Below are positions 14,082 to 28,533 of a DNA stretch of 64,000 bases, piece after piece. The stretch comes from Octopus vulgaris (taxonomy: Eukaryota), in NCBI GenBank assembly GCA_951406725.2, contig OX597829.1:18352001-18416000 (forward strand), given 5' to 3'. Numbering within the stretch: the stretch's first letter is position 1; each line of letters starts with the position of its first letter. A program made the translations under genes and the position numbers. A model generated the notes under the pieces. That model searched no databases. It saw only the letters and a list, made by a program, of their open reading frames with translations, and was not told where the DNA came from.

Positions 14082-14319
14082 GAGCGACAGAGCAGTGCAA
14101 GCCATCAAAGTGACACTGGGGTAAAATATACGAAGCCCAATATACCCATCATGACTACCCGTCTGATAAAGGTACACCAGGCACATGCATCACAACCATA
14201 TGTGCGCGACATGGTGATCTCATATCAAGATAAACAGCACATGACCTTGCAGGTGGGGCTCAGTTAGAATTTTCTTCAGGTTGAGTAGCCCATCCCGCTC
14301 AAAAGGTCCCTGAATAAGG

Positions 14320-14322
<3 letters not shown>
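14082..14322. mobile_element. Short interspersed repeat between (ATT)n tracts, family unassigned
   Basis: About 240 bp of complex sequence bounded on both sides by ATT runs. Confidence 0.35.
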
Positions 14323-14407
<85 letters not shown>

Positions 14408-14501
14408 CATATATTTGTAAATATAAAATGTGACAATTATTCGGTAGCGCATAATTGTATAAATATATTACATATATGGGTATATTGTTTGTTTGTGTGT
14501 A

Positions 14502-14572
<71 letters not shown>

Positions 14573-14739
14573 AATGCGTATATATAGAGGGAGAAGAGTA
14601 GAGTGGAGTGGAGTTCAGTAGAAGGCATCCGAACGTGCGACATAACCGTGACGATGAGGATTTCGTAGCTCACACAGCCACTGTGTAGTATTGCGATATA
14701 AACAGTGTTGTAACCAGTTCCCCTTCTAAAAGATTGTTG

Positions 14740-15470
14740 ACCTTAGGATAAATTATGCTTTTTGAAATCTGTTCCCATTTCTCCTTGACCACATCTAGTG
14801 GGAACTGCACTCGGCTGCTTCTGCCATTGCCATAAGATCTCTGGTTCTGTTTCTCCCGGAAATTGGGAGCTGTTTCATGAGATCGTATGTGCATCCCAAA
14901 CCCTCTCTCACCCACCTCTATATCAAGGACTTCGGTTTGGAAGCCAGATTTTCTCAGTTTGATATCTAAACTGATATTTTTTTTAACTTTCGAGTCCCAC
15001 AAGTGGCCGCTAACGTTTTTATCCAAGAGGTAACCCAATCTGTTTCGAAATCCATCGTTCCAAAAATGAATTATTTCACATTCTCGAGATTTTTAAATCC
15101 TTATAAAGACTTTTTAGCGATGAGTCGTAGTAGCATTGCGTGTCAACTTAAAAAAAAGAAAAAAAAAAAACATGGTTGAATCAATCTTACCAAAAATATT
15201 CCAAGCGGAATTCATGTTAATATAAGTTAATTCAGACACACAGTAAAATCATCGAAAACAAAAATTAGATGAGTGTTTCAGTGGTGGATAAGTTACAATG
15301 TAAAGCATTTCTAGGCTGTTACCAAACAAAAGTGGTTTAAATTTATTCAAACAACTGAAAAAACATAAGCTGATGCTGTCTCTCAAAGTTTGTTGCTTCC
15401 CGTGGATGATTTGAAAGTCTCCAGAAATGGTCTAAGCTTGATTGAGAAATCGGCAACTCAGGTTGTAGCA
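14740..15470 (-). mobile_element. Degenerate LINE remnant with restriction-like endonuclease C-terminus (HERO/R2-group-like)
   Basis: ORF 14670-15038 contains GFQTEVLDIEVGERGF, resembling the xEVGxRGF motif of RLE LINEs. Confidence 0.35.
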
Positions 15471-15474
15471 GAAC

Positions 15475-16166
15475 CAGTGGTGGCTCGTGTATAGGAACTG
15501 CGAAACTGCAGCACCCCCTATTTCCACTTGATATTATCGATAACATTCAATATAATGAGTCCTTTTTCTTTAATTTTTTCTTTATCCTTGTACATTATAT
15601 AATCCTTAAGCTTAATGTCAGTAGCCCCCCCCCCCCAGTTTATGAAAAAAATACAAAAATTCTTGTATAGAACTGTGCGCTTCACAGTTCCAGCGACGCG
15701 GTGTTTGGCTGTTGTGCGCATGCTCACACATCCGAGATAGGAAGCTTCATGTTAAGGAGAGAGTGCACTGTCGTTTACGCAATGCTGGTGAAAAGTAGTG
15801 TTTATGTTTGACTTTGCATCTGTTGTGCTGAAAAACATGTTTATATTCTTGAATGTGTAGAATTAGATTAGTATCCTGCTTCCAGCTACAGTGTTACTGC
15901 CGGGATTTGAAAAATAGGGCAAATTTCCCTAACTCATTTTGTGATTTAGGAGGGATTTTTGAAAAACAAGGGGGAATTCACAACAGTGTTCAATGAACGA
16001 ATTAAACACACTACCCGGCAGTGGCTAAAACGTGAACCGATCAAGTTTATGTATAAATATTCTTTTTATATGTTTGTTTCCTTTTACTAAAATATTAAAA
16101 CAACGGCTAAAACTTCTCTGAGCAGCACTCCTAATCCCTAATAATTTTATCTATGAGCCGCCACTA
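15475..16166. mobile_element. Non-autonomous DNA transposon with hAT-like TIRs
   Basis: cagtggtggctcgtg at the left end and tatgagccgccacta at the right end are imperfect inverted repeats. The TSD is not convincing. Confidence 0.5.
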
Positions 16167-16801
16167 GTCGAAACTGAATGGGAAGATGTAAATAGCTACC
16201 AAATCTAGGGTCAATGTAGATGAACTTTAACCATGTATGAAAATATCTACCTTGTAAATAGCTAATATCATTACAGGGAAGAGCGGTAAGAAAGTATTAA
16301 GCAGCAAAAAACGTTTCATGGGGAACTGGAGACTTAAGTAATAGATCCTTTATCATTCTGGCTCTCCTCAAGCGATGAAAGACGTCTCCATATCTAGTCA
16401 GGAAATCTAAACTAAAAAGTATAGAATTTGATTATTAAATGTTTCGCTAAACATTTCTGACTTGTCAAACATCACTACGAGAAGAATCACTTCCAGCCAA
16501 AACACTTTTTGCTTTATGGCAACGTTCTTGAGTCATCCTTCAAATCTCAGTTCTTTCAAAACGTACCAACTAACTTCTCTACTAAAACCTTGGGGGTCAA
16601 CGAATTTTCTTTAACATCTTCTTCAAAAGAAAGAGTAATTGTTTAAGTTTATTGTTCGTGTAGTAAGCTACGAAATTCTTGCGCACTCTCGATTTCCTGT
16701 AATTCGGATAGACAAAAATGGAAAAGGAGTTGCTCCGGAGGATGGCGAGGGAAATGCGCCGGAACAGCCACTCTGATTCACGGGCTCGCATTTGCCCAAA
16801 G

Positions 16802-17450
<649 letters not shown>

Positions 17451-17589
17451 GATAGAAAAGCTATGGAAATATATATATATGCCTGTATCGCTACATCATT
17501 CACGAGCCAATGAGAACATCTATGCGGTTATTCATCCTACTGTCAAAAAGTACTAAGCTGCCAAAATTTCCTCGATTCACACTCATCTG

Positions 17590-18020
17590 AATGATGATGA
17601 CGACGACGATGATGATGATGATGATGATGACAGTGGTGATAGTGAAGGTGATGATGGTGGTGATTGTTATGGTGGTAGGGATGGAGGCGGTGGTGTTGGT
17701 GGTGGTGGTGGTGGTGGTAGTGGTGGTGGCGGCGGCGGCGGTGGCAGCGGCAGTGGTGGTGGTGGTGGTGGTGTTCGCGACGACGACGACGGCGACGGCG
17801 ACGGCGATGATGATAATGATTGTGATTGCAATGATGGTGGTGACGACGAAGACGATGATGATGGTGGTGGTGGTGGTGGTGGTGGTGGTGGTGGTGGTGG
17901 TGGCGGTGGTGGTGGTGGTGGTGGTGGCGGCGGTGGTGGTGGTGACGACGACGACGAAGAACGATGATGGTGGTGATGATGATGATGATAATGATCGCGA
18001 CGACGGTGACGATTGTGATG
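17590..18020. repeat. Compound (GAT/GGT/GAC)n triplet repeat
   Basis: Direct inspection. It is the source of the poly-V/T/M ORFs. Confidence 0.9.
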
Positions 18021-18129
18021 ATAAACTGTTTTCTTTATTAGCCACTAAAGACCAAAAAAAAACCAACAAAAAAACCATCGGTTCAATAGAATACAATGCG
18101 TGGGTTGCATAAGTGGGTAAACTGTAAAA

Positions 18130-18720
18130 TGACAGAAACCAACAAAAAATCCAAGCAAGAAATAACTCCCCACAAAAGCAGGGAGATTTCCGAAAGTTAC
18201 TCGAGGAAACTCCACAAAATCACAGTCACTCTAACAACTGGGGCAAGTACCTTCATCCCATCCTATCCACATCAATCTCCAGGGTCATGCTCAGAACAGG
18301 CCCTTGTCACCCTCGTCCATTTTCCAGTAAATTTGCTAGAAGCCTTCACCTCCACTCCACTCCACTCTCAGTATCCTTCTCGAGTGAATCTTGAAACAAT
18401 TGATGAGGTCTAAACCAAAGTGGAAGGTTATTTATCTTCAGCCCTTCCAGTCTGATCCTCCACACACTAACGTAGCCGGTGGGTCGGGGCGCGGTAGGGT
18501 CGGTCCACCCCGGGCGGTACTTTTAGGTCTGTTGTATGCAATGTTTCTTTTTTTTTTTTTGTGGGGTCCGAGGGCGACAAACGGAAGGGTCGCCTCGGAC
18601 GGTACACACTCTGACTACGCTAGTGCCACTACACGAAAACTTCTTTTGCTAAGTCCACCAGCCAGATAAACACTGCCCGTCATACGCAGAGTCAACTGAT
18701 AACTGGATCCATCCTACACG
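18130..18720 (-). mobile_element. Tx1/L1-like LINE 3' fragment
   Basis: Homologous to 20220-20540 and 22470-22740. Interrupted by a MITE. Confidence 0.5.
18465..18625. mobile_element. hAT-like MITE
   Basis: TIR cactaacgtagccgg / ctgactacgctagtg (12/15). The 8-bp flanks cctccaca / ccactaca match at 6/8. Confidence 0.55.
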
Positions 18721-18950
18721 TTGGATAAGATGCTCAACATAACTCCACAACGATTTTAAATTGTGGACAAAACGTACCACATTTATCAGTTGACCAACTA
18801 ATTAGTCTATCTTGATGCAATTTCAAGGATCCTGAAAGAAGGCCTCAATTACTCCATTTGTCATAACTTTAATACCAAACAGCAACTACAACGTCAACTA
18901 GCACGCAAACAACAGTGAATGCAGCATGGTGTACAAGACTGGGAGTATCA

Positions 18951-19390
18951 AGGCGAGCTAGCAGAATCGTTAGCTCGCCGGACAAAATGCGTTGCGTCAT
19001 TTCATCCGTCTTGACATTCTGAGTTCAAATTACTTCTTTCTGGGTCGATAAAACAAGTACCTATTTCTTTATTACCCACAAGGGGCTAAACATAGAGGGG
19101 ACAAACAAGGACAGACATAGGTATTAAGTCGATTACATCAACCCCAGTGCGTAACTGGTACTTTATTTATCGACCCCGAAAGGATGAAAGGCAAAGTCGA
19201 CCTCGGCGAAATTTGAACTCAGAACGTAACGGCAGACGAAATACGGCTACGCATTTCGCCCGGGGCGTGCTAACGTTTCTGCCAGCTCGCCGCCTAACAA
19301 GTACCAGATGAGCACTGGGGTCAATCTAGTAGACTTACCCCTCCACCGCCCGAAATTACTGGCCTTCTCCCAAAATTTGAAACCAATATT
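18951..19390 (+). mobile_element. SINE family B (older variant) interrupted by a younger antisense copy
   Basis: Head ggcgagctagcagaatcgttagc and B box gagttcaaat. The element resumes at 19296. Confidence 0.75.
19062..19295 (-). mobile_element. SINE family B, full length, 10-bp TSD
   Basis: aacaagtacc at both 19052-19061 and 19296-19305. Minus strand starts ggcggcgagctggcagaaacgttagc. Confidence 0.9.
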
Positions 19391-19670
19391 TTCCTTGAAG
19401 TCTCCTAAATCTTTGAGGGTATTTATTTTTGAAGTTGTATGTGCACAGTGATATTTTGATGAATTTTATGTCTGCTGGAATGCTATTAATTAATGTAATG
19501 TAATTATTGCGTCTGATATCTGTATGTTAGTGTATGTAATCCATTAGTTCTTTATTGCTCGTGTTTATGGCTGTGCAGTTAACGATTTTTATTTCGTTTT
19601 GTTCGTGTTATGGTGGTATGTGTCTGATTGTTGTGCATGTGAATTAGGTTGTGCTTGTATTTATTGATGA

Positions 19671-20205
19671 CTAGCAGTATCGCCCGGCGTTGCTCGGGTT
19701 TGTAAGGGAAATAACTATATAAGCATTTTTAGAGAGTTATAGCAAAAAAATGCATTAAAAATGGAATAAAAAATGATGATAATTTTTTTTTAAATCGTTG
19801 ACTCAGTGTCTTCAAGCCATGAAGTCGTTGTTCTAAAAGAACGCTGGTCTCCTTGACAACGCATTACGACTTTGATTTCCTTACACTCCCTTCCCCACAG
19901 CTTCACGAGGGAGGGAAGAAGGGGGAGAAGCAAACACAGGTGCAGGTGTTTGAGCGTGGACGCCAACTCCGCCGCCATCGACTCACGAAAAATTATGCAT
20001 TAAAATGGAATAAAAAATGATGTTAAATTATTTTTTAAATCGTAGACTCATCGTAGACGCGCGCTAATAGCCAGACGGGCTCGATATTAATCACGACTAT
20101 AAGATACCCGAATTTGGTTAAACTGCACCGCAAAATGTGGGAGGAGTTAGGAATCTAAATCGTAGGAGACAGACACTCACACAACAACAGTTTTATATAT
20201 ATAGA
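19671..20205 (-). mobile_element. Non-autonomous Helitron
   Basis: Minus strand runs 5'-TC...cccgagcaacgccggg hairpin...CTAG-3' and sits between A and T. A homologue lies at 35933. Confidence 0.85.
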
Positions 20206-20219
20206 TGTCTTTGATAAAG

Positions 20220-20545
20220 GTGGTCGTGGTGAGAGAAATAACTCCCCAAAAGTGGGGAAACTTCCAAGAAATAACTCGAGGAAACTCCACAAAATCACGG
20301 GTGCCCTAACAACTAGGGTAAGTATTCTCTTCCTACTGTCGTACCTCAATCTACAGGCTCATGCTAAGAACAGGCCCGTTGTCACTCTCCTCCACTTTCC
20401 AATAAACTTGTTGAATGTCTTCTCTTTCCCTTCACTCTCACATTCCTTTTTTAGTGAAACTCGAAACAGTTGATGAGGTCTCGACCAAAAGTGGAAGGTA
20501 TCTGTCTTCAGCCCTTTCAATCAGGTCCACCACAGATGCTGTTGA
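20220..20545 (-). mobile_element. Tx1/L1-like LINE 3' fragment
   Basis: Diverged copy of 18130-18465. Confidence 0.5.
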
Positions 20546-20603
20546 CATCACTAGTATAATTGCTATTGGTGGGTACTGGTTGCTCAAAATCATTTTCCAC
20601 ACT

Positions 20604-20828
20604 GGAGCTGGCAGAAACGTTAGCACGCCGGGCGAAATGCGTAGCCGTATTTCGTCTGCCGTTACGTTCTGGGTTCAAATTCCGCCGAGGTCGACTTTGC
20701 TTTTCATCCTTTCGGGGTCGATAAATTAAGTACCAGTTACGCACTGGGGTCGATGTAATCGACTTAATCCGTTCGTCTGTCCTTGTTTGTCCGCTCTGTG
20801 TTTAGCCCCTTGTGGGTAATAAAGAAAT
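20604..20828 (+). mobile_element. SINE family B
   Basis: Reverse complement of 19062-19295 at high identity. Confidence 0.9.
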
Positions 20829-21332
20829 ATATTTGTGTGTGTGTGTCTGTGTGTGTGTGTCTGTGTGTGTGTGTGTGCGTATGTGTGTGTTTTGTGTCTT
20901 TCTTTTCTTTGCATTGGTAACTTTCTGCCATTTAGACACCTTATTGTCACCTTCACTACACGGCATATCTGAATAGCTCCAAGCGGAGTGAGGAATGTCT
21001 TGGGAGTCACTGTCTTTTTGTCTTGCTGTCGGCAACGGTTATGTAGTAGCTCTTGAAGACCGGGGTTCTTGAAGACTATTTTTCTTACTGTTGTTGATAC
21101 TCCCAGTCTTGTACACGGTGCTGCATTCACTGTTGCTTGCATGCTAGTTGACGTTGTAGTTGCTGTTTGGTATTAAAGTTACGACACACAGAGTAACTGA
21201 TGCCTTCTTTCAGCTGTCATTTGTTGTTGTTGGGAGCCTTCAGGTGATTTGTGCTTCCACAGTTGTAGCATCGAGACCTACATTCCACTGTCGGCTGCAG
21301 TTGCTGTCCTCCTGGGATCTCTATTAAATCTC

Positions 21333-21574
21333 TTTACTCTCTTTTACTCTCTTTTACTCTTTTACTTGTTTCAGTCATGTGACTGCGGCCATGCTGGAAC
21401 ACTGCCTTTTAGTCGAGCAAATCGACACCAGAACTTATTTTTTTGTAAGCCTAGTGCTTGTTCTATCGGTATTTTTGCCGGACCGCTAAGTTACGGGGAC
21501 GTAAACACACCAGCATCAGTTGTCAAGCAATGTTGGGGGGACAAACACAGACACACATACACACATACAAACAT

Positions 21575-21610
<36 letters not shown>

Positions 21611-21617
21611 GTATATA

Positions 21618-21696
<79 letters not shown>

Positions 21697-21872
21697 CATG
21701 CATATATACGATGGACTTCTTTCAGTTTCCGTCTACCAAATCCACTCACAAGGCTTTGATCGGCCCGAGGCTATAGTTGAAGACACTCGCCCAAGATGCC
21801 ACACAGTGGGACTGAACTCGGAACCATGTGGTTTGTAAGCAAGCTACTTACCACACAGCCATTCCTACGCCT
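21333..21872 (-). mobile_element. SINE family A
   Basis: Full head and tail, with an expanded internal CA/TA/TG tract. Confidence 0.9.
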
Positions 21873-21879
21873 ATTTTGT

Positions 21880-22460
21880 TCAGCATTTCAGGCTTTTCAT
21901 GAATCAAAATCTCCAGCCCCGTTCTAACCCAATTTTCTTTTCGGAATCTTTTCGTTTCTAGTAGTGTGCTGCGGTCTTTCGAAGCCACAATTTTCATCAC
22001 CCATCAGAAGTCTAGTTCTTGTGGTATGTTTGAGACTTTTGATCGAATCATTTTTCTTCTCAGCTAAATCGATATCATCGTTAAATCTTCAGTTGTTAAT
22101 GGGACAGCGGAATGCACCTAGGCTAGATTTTCTGAGTAGAAAATAACACGAATATATTCCAACTTATGGGCAAGACACACAAAATTAATGTTTTGCCATA
22201 AACTGCAGAAACAAAGTTCAGCTTGGTCTGAAGGTATATGCTCTAATCTGTTACTTTTCGTTAAAAAGAAACTATATAGAATTGTTTTCGTTTCTGTTTG
22301 GTCTAGAAAATATGGTGTATTGTGTGTAGAGTTTCTCCGTTCTATTATGTTTAAGCATTTTCCTGCTTCTTCTCAAGGTTGTGTTTTTGTCTAGTGAGAT
22401 GAAATCGAAAGCGTTATGATCTTGACAAAAATATTTTTGTTGTTTCCATTGCTTATGAAA
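21880..22460 (-). mobile_element. Highly degenerate LINE RT fragment (RTE-like)
   Basis: Minus-strand remnants of AFD and DDID-like RT motifs, with many stops. Confidence 0.35.
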
Positions 22461-22469
22461 ACCCTACAA

Positions 22470-23230
22470 AAGTACCGTCAACCTAAGAGATGCCCTCTCC
22501 CTATCATTCTACTTCAATCTACAAGTGCATTCTCCGAGTCGGCCCCTTTGCTTGGACCATCCTAACAACATTCACCTGCTTTTCAGCAAATTTGCTAGAA
22601 GGCAAACACTTCCTTCTCCATTCTCACTTTGGTTTTCAAATGAAACTTGAAAAAGCTGATGAGAATTTAGCCAAAGAGGAAGGTGTCTATCATAAGCCCT
22701 TCCAACTTCGTCCACCACCCAATCAAAGCCACTAAACGGATAAAGACAGCCTGTTATTCCCGGCCAAAGGAAGACAGTGGAACGATCTTTACAGTGGAAT
22801 CAGTTGTGAGTTGGACCAGGTCTACAAGCAACAGAAAACATTTGGAATAACGCCACAAGTCAACAGTGCTCGGGCACAGGTCGAATCGAGTGAGTACAGA
22901 ACAGGCTCGTTGCTCTGCACTCATCTTGGATACATCCGGCTGACAGCTCTTCCGTTTTGGCAGAGTTTATCCCGAACCAGCAGCAGCAGCAGCACAGTCA
23001 TGAATTTCTGGAAATGATCCATTGGCCCGGCCCGAAAATCCTCTAGAACAGACCAGTTAGCTGATTTCCATCGATGCCTCGGGTTTTTGCGCCACTAATC
23101 CGTTTATTGCGTTGCCCAACTGGTAGCCAGCTAAAAACGCAAGAGAGCATTCCGGATGCCAAGTGCTCTGTCTCGATCTTCCCTTGATTCAAGGCTACAA
23201 ACTCTATCAAAGAAACAAGCAGTAAAAATA
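22470..23230 (-). mobile_element. Tx1/L1-like LINE C-terminal region with zinc-knuckle remnant
   Basis: Minus-strand translation gives IFGPGPMDHFQK...VRDKL...YPR.V...EPVLYS...CAR, resembling a zf-RVT region. The 3' part is homologous to 18130 and 20220. Confidence 0.5.
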
Positions 23231-23924
23231 CGACCAGTAAAATTCTTGTACATAAATTAAAAACAGAACGTCTTGATCTCCCACTCTTCGTTCAATAGTC
23301 ACACTGCGCCACATGCCTTCTAAGTGTTTTTATGCGCATCGATGCATTGTTAGAACTCAGAAAACGGTTTACCAATGAAAGGTAAGAAAACAAACGAAGA
23401 TTTTTCACATTCACTTTATGATCATAAACCGAAAGTTTACCGCGAATTTTACAACTATATTAAAAGACGAAAATTATACACGCCAGAAAATGCGGTTACG
23501 GACTATATATAATGTAAGTATAGAACAAAAACTGAACAGGAACGGAATAACAGTTAAATAGGAATATCTTGTTCTGCTTTTGATTCACGACTTCAAACAC
23601 GACTGGGTTTTGTAACATCTAATGGCTGCTCTTATTTGTAAAAACCTACGTCACTTGAGCCACTTGATCATTTGCTAACAACTCGTTTCTATGTCTTGTA
23701 ATCAATATTCGTTATTGTAACATCGGATAAATGAATTTATAATTTTATAATGATTTGTGAACGCGTGGGCTTGTGGTTAGTGTCACAAGATGGTGGTGAT
23801 GATGGCAATGATGATAATGATGATAGTGGTGATGATGGTGATGGTGATGGTGATGATGATGATGACGACGACAGTGGTGGTGGTGGTGGTGGTGGTGGTG
23901 GCGGCGGCGGCGGCGGCGACGATG

Positions 23925-24083
23925 ACCGCCTTTTGTCGAACTAATCGACTCCAGGACTTATTCTTTGTAAGCCTTGTACTTATTCTATCGAGCGTTTTTG
24001 CCGAACCGCTAAGTTATGGCAACATAAAAACACCAACATTGGTTGTCAAGCGATGGTGGGGGGACAAACACAGACACACAAAC

Positions 24084-24123
<40 letters not shown>

Positions 24124-24286
24124 GATGGGCTTCCTTTCAGTTTCTGTCCACCAAATCCACTCACAAAGCATTGGTCAGCCCAAGGCTATAGAAGAAGACA
24201 CTTGCCCAAGGTGCTACGCAGTGGGACTGAACCTGGAACCATGTGGTTGATAAGCAAGCTACTAACCACACACCCACTCCTGTGCC

Positions 24287-24287
<1 letters not shown>
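23925..24287 (-). mobile_element. SINE family A lacking distal tail
   Basis: Head and body align with the other copies. Confidence 0.85.
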
Positions 24288-24334
<47 letters not shown>

Positions 24335-24337
<3 letters not shown>

Positions 24338-25640
24338 CTCTGATGAAAGCATTCAAGGAGCCTTACATGATGCCTCTGAAGGGTCCATGTCTCACGTGAG
24401 TAAAGGAGTGATGTCAGCACACACAAACACAGTATATAGCAACTCTTGTGTTGCCATATTGGGACCAAACACAAGACCCAAAATCCATGGAGGAACCAGC
24501 TGCTTTCTGAAGCCTAAAAAATTTTTCATGATCCAAGGATCAAGAATGGCTAAGTGTTCTACCCAGGTAGACAAACTTGTCTAACACTTTCAGTATTGTT
24601 ACTTTAGCTAAGATAGATGGTTTCACATATGGGTTTCCTGACATAGACTGAAACATTACAGCAATCTTTTCCAGGCTAATGCTGAGTCCAAATAAATGCC
24701 TAACAAGATGCAGAAATATGATCCATGATAATTTGTATATCTTCAGCTGTATGAGCAACTAAATCATTTGCATAAAAAGGGTCATGAATACAGGACTCTA
24801 AAACTTTCAAATTGGCTGTAAATTGACACAACTGATGAGATAATCTGATGTTTGGTACCTCACATATATCCCAAAAGAGCAAATCTACTGCAAAAACACG
24901 AGAGAGGGTAGCAGCAAAATACAAGGAAAAGAGAGTCGGAACAAGGGTATCACTTTGCTTGACACAATTCTCTGCAGGAATGGGTTCAACCATGCCGCCA
25001 CTAATATTAGCCCATACCTCCATCCCATCATGAAATAATTTAATTATTGATACATAGTGGCTCAAACAACTAAGTTTGCCAAGGAGGCCCTATTCACAAT
25101 AGGAAAGTTTTGGTTAAATCAATGAAAACCTGGACAAAATCCATATTCTGTTCATAGCACTTCTCTGGCATCAATCTCGCTTTAAAAATCATAACCATTG
25201 TTCTACAAGAATAGAAGCCACTCAGAGATTCAGGCAGGATGTCATTTACAAGGTATTCATTTAAACAGGTAAGACTAACACCTGCCAGAAACTTACCAAC
25301 AACAGACTATAGAGCAAAACTTCTATGGTTACCATATTTTATTCTGACTCCCTTTCCTTTAAAGAGAGGAAAGATATTTCCATCCTTTCAGACCTTGGGA
25401 ACAGCACCATCTTTTGAGGCTATTCTAATAAGCTTGTGGAGTTTCTGTGTCACATGACCAGACAACTGCCTAGGTACAAGACCTCAGAGTAGATTCTATC
25501 TTTAACAGATACTTTAATGATGTGTAACTTATCTATCATTGTTGCTATTTTGTCTTTGGCAGATGCAGGAGTGCAGGCAGCTGATGACAAACCTTTGTTG
25601 AAAAGTGTCAATTATAGAAACATCTACAGCTGACTCAGTT
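24335..25640 (-). mobile_element. RTE-clade LINE RT fragment (pseudogenised)
   Basis: IIKLFHDGM...CVKQSDTLVPTLFSLYF...FYANDL and DKFVYLG motifs in ORFs 24700-25065 and 24540-24758. Confidence 0.8.
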
Positions 25641-25769
25641 TAGAAGTCCAAAAAAATGCTGTGTTTAATATGTATGTATGCATGTAGGCATTTATTCAAA
25701 CCTGCAATATACATACATGCATAAATGCATACATATATACATACATATACACATATATGCATACACACA

Positions 25770-25849
25770 TAGACATACATACATACATACATACATACAT
25801 ACATGGTTACATACATATACATACATACATACATACATACATACATACA

Positions 25850-25881
<32 letters not shown>

Positions 25882-26158
25882 CATACATACATACATGCAT
25901 GCATACATACATACATAGATACATACATACATACATACATACATACATACATACATACATACATACATACAAGCATGCATGCATGCATACATACATACAT
26001 AATACATACATACATACATACATGCATGCATGCATACATACATGCATACATGCATACATTTATGCATACATACATACATATGTATGCGTGTATGTATGTA
26101 TGTATGTATGCATATATTCGTTCAAACATACAATATACAGGCATGTGTAAATGCATAC

Positions 26159-26200
<42 letters not shown>

Positions 26201-26319
26201 GTATATGCCTGCATACATATATACAACATACATACATACATACATACATACATACATACATACATGCATACATACATACATACATACATACATACATACA
26301 TACATACATACATACATAC

Positions 26320-26350
<31 letters not shown>

Positions 26351-26439
26351 CATACATACATACATACATACATACATGCATGCATGCATACATACATACA
26401 TACATACATACATACATACATACATACATACATACTTAC

Positions 26440-26470
<31 letters not shown>

Positions 26471-26665
26471 CATACATACATACATACATACATACATACA
26501 TACATACATACATGCATGCATGCATGCATGCATGCATACATACATACATACATACATACATACATACATACATGCATGCATACATACATACATACATACA
26601 TACATACATACATACATGCATACATACATACATACATACATACATACATACATTCATGCATGCAT
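25770..26665. repeat. (ACAT)n microsatellite array
   Basis: Long tetranucleotide run with GCAT variants. Confidence 0.95.
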
Positions 26666-27482
26666 GCACCTTCTTTGCCCATTATTCCTGAGAGGATTGT
26701 GAGGATGGAATCCTCAGGCACTTCCCCTATGGTGCCCAATAGGAACTAACTAACATTATACTTTCTGACATTCATACTTTCCAAGTATGCAATTATTATC
26801 CAGCCTTCTCATTCTTGATGTACTCCAAGTCTCCTGCCAGCTGGTTTAGCTCAATGAATTTCTCTTGTGCTTTTTCCCTGTGACATTCAAACAACATGCT
26901 TGCAGTACTGGAACCATGACCTCCCAATGCAGGGAAACAGCAATTCAACATGGAGAGACCCTGAGATCTCCAAGCTATGCATTGGTAAGAAGCTCTCAAA
27001 AGAGCTGAATAGTAGAAGGTCTTCAATGAAGAAACTTCTCTTTCAGGCAAGTGTTTGGCCCCTTAACTTCTTATACTCCAAGGGGGCTGGGCCACATCCA
27101 GGTTGTGATTCTTAGGTGCCCTTCTCAAACGTTTTTTAACCACTTGGATATTGGAGACTTGTGCTTTTAAACTGTCTTGAGATTTCATCAAGTTGGAACT
27201 CCTCTCCATTGACACATCTTTCAAACTTACACATTAAGAAAAAATAACATTGGTTGTCATGGTAATGGTGAAACATCAACGCTATTGCAATAACTCACTA
27301 AGAGTAACATTATTCTAGAGATCCTTCAAAGAAACCCATTTCAGCCACTCGTAATCATGATTGTATTCTGCAAGTCATTGCCAAACATTCTTGACCATAT
27401 ATGAGAATAGACACAAGAACTGAATTGAAGATAGTTGATTTGGTCTTTTTTTTTTTTAACATTCTGTATAGGCATTTATGTA

Positions 27483-27640
27483 TAGGAGTGGCTGTGTGGT
27501 AAGTAGCTTGTTTACCAACCACGTGGTTCCAGGTTCAGTCCCACTGCATGGCACCTTGGGCAAGTGTCTTCTACTATAGCCTCAGGCCGACCAAAACCTT
27601 GTGAGTGGATTTGGTAGACGGAAACTGAAAGAAGCCCGTC

Positions 27641-27675
<35 letters not shown>

Positions 27676-27884
27676 TGTTTGTGTGTCTGTGTTTGTACCC
27701 ACCAACATTGCTTGATAACTGATGCTGGTGTGTTTATGTCCCCGTTACTTAGCGGTTTCGGCAAAAGAGACCAATAGAATAAGTACTGGGCTTACAAAAG
27801 AATAAGTCCTGGGGTCAAGTTGCTCGATTAAAGGTGGTGCTCCAGCATGGCCGCAGTAAAATGACTGAAACAAGTAAAAGAGTA
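27483..27884 (+). mobile_element. SINE family A
   Basis: aggagtggctgtgtggtaag head through to the tail gactgaaacaagtaaaagagta. Confidence 0.9.
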
Positions 27885-28280
27885 TTCTCTCCTCTTCTGA
27901 GGTTTGAAGGCTGGAGCAGGCACATTACTGTGCCACCATTGGCAATTCTAGCATTCAGTTCAGTTTAAATATATGCAAATTATTTTCAATAAAATTAGTA
28001 TAATTCTTCAGTGAATCTATTTTTTATTAAAAAAATCTACATAAAATAGAATAATTCAATATTTCTTCCTTAACTTTGGCTCAGTTTTGCATGAAAGGAT
28101 TGCAAACAATTGCATGGGAAAATGTCATTCAAAGAACATTAGCAGCACACATGTTATTAATTTTATTGAGGATGAATTCAAATACCAACATGGAAAACCA
28201 AAATGGCATCATTAAATTTATATAAATTCATTAGTTCTTTAGTGTTTGTTTGGTTTGTGAGTGTGTGTGAGTGTGAGTGT

Positions 28281-28326
<46 letters not shown>

Positions 28327-28502
28327 CTAATTCTTTCTCTCTTTTAATGATTGGATTCTCTTTGTTGCTTCTCTTTCTTTCCTCACCTTCTCTATAGTCT
28401 CTTCTCTTTCTATCTATATGCATAATTAGAGAGAGAGAGACAAACAGACAGACAGACAGCCGGCCGGATAGGCAGACAGACAGACAGAGAAAAAGAGATA
28501 GA

Positions 28503-28533
<31 letters not shown>

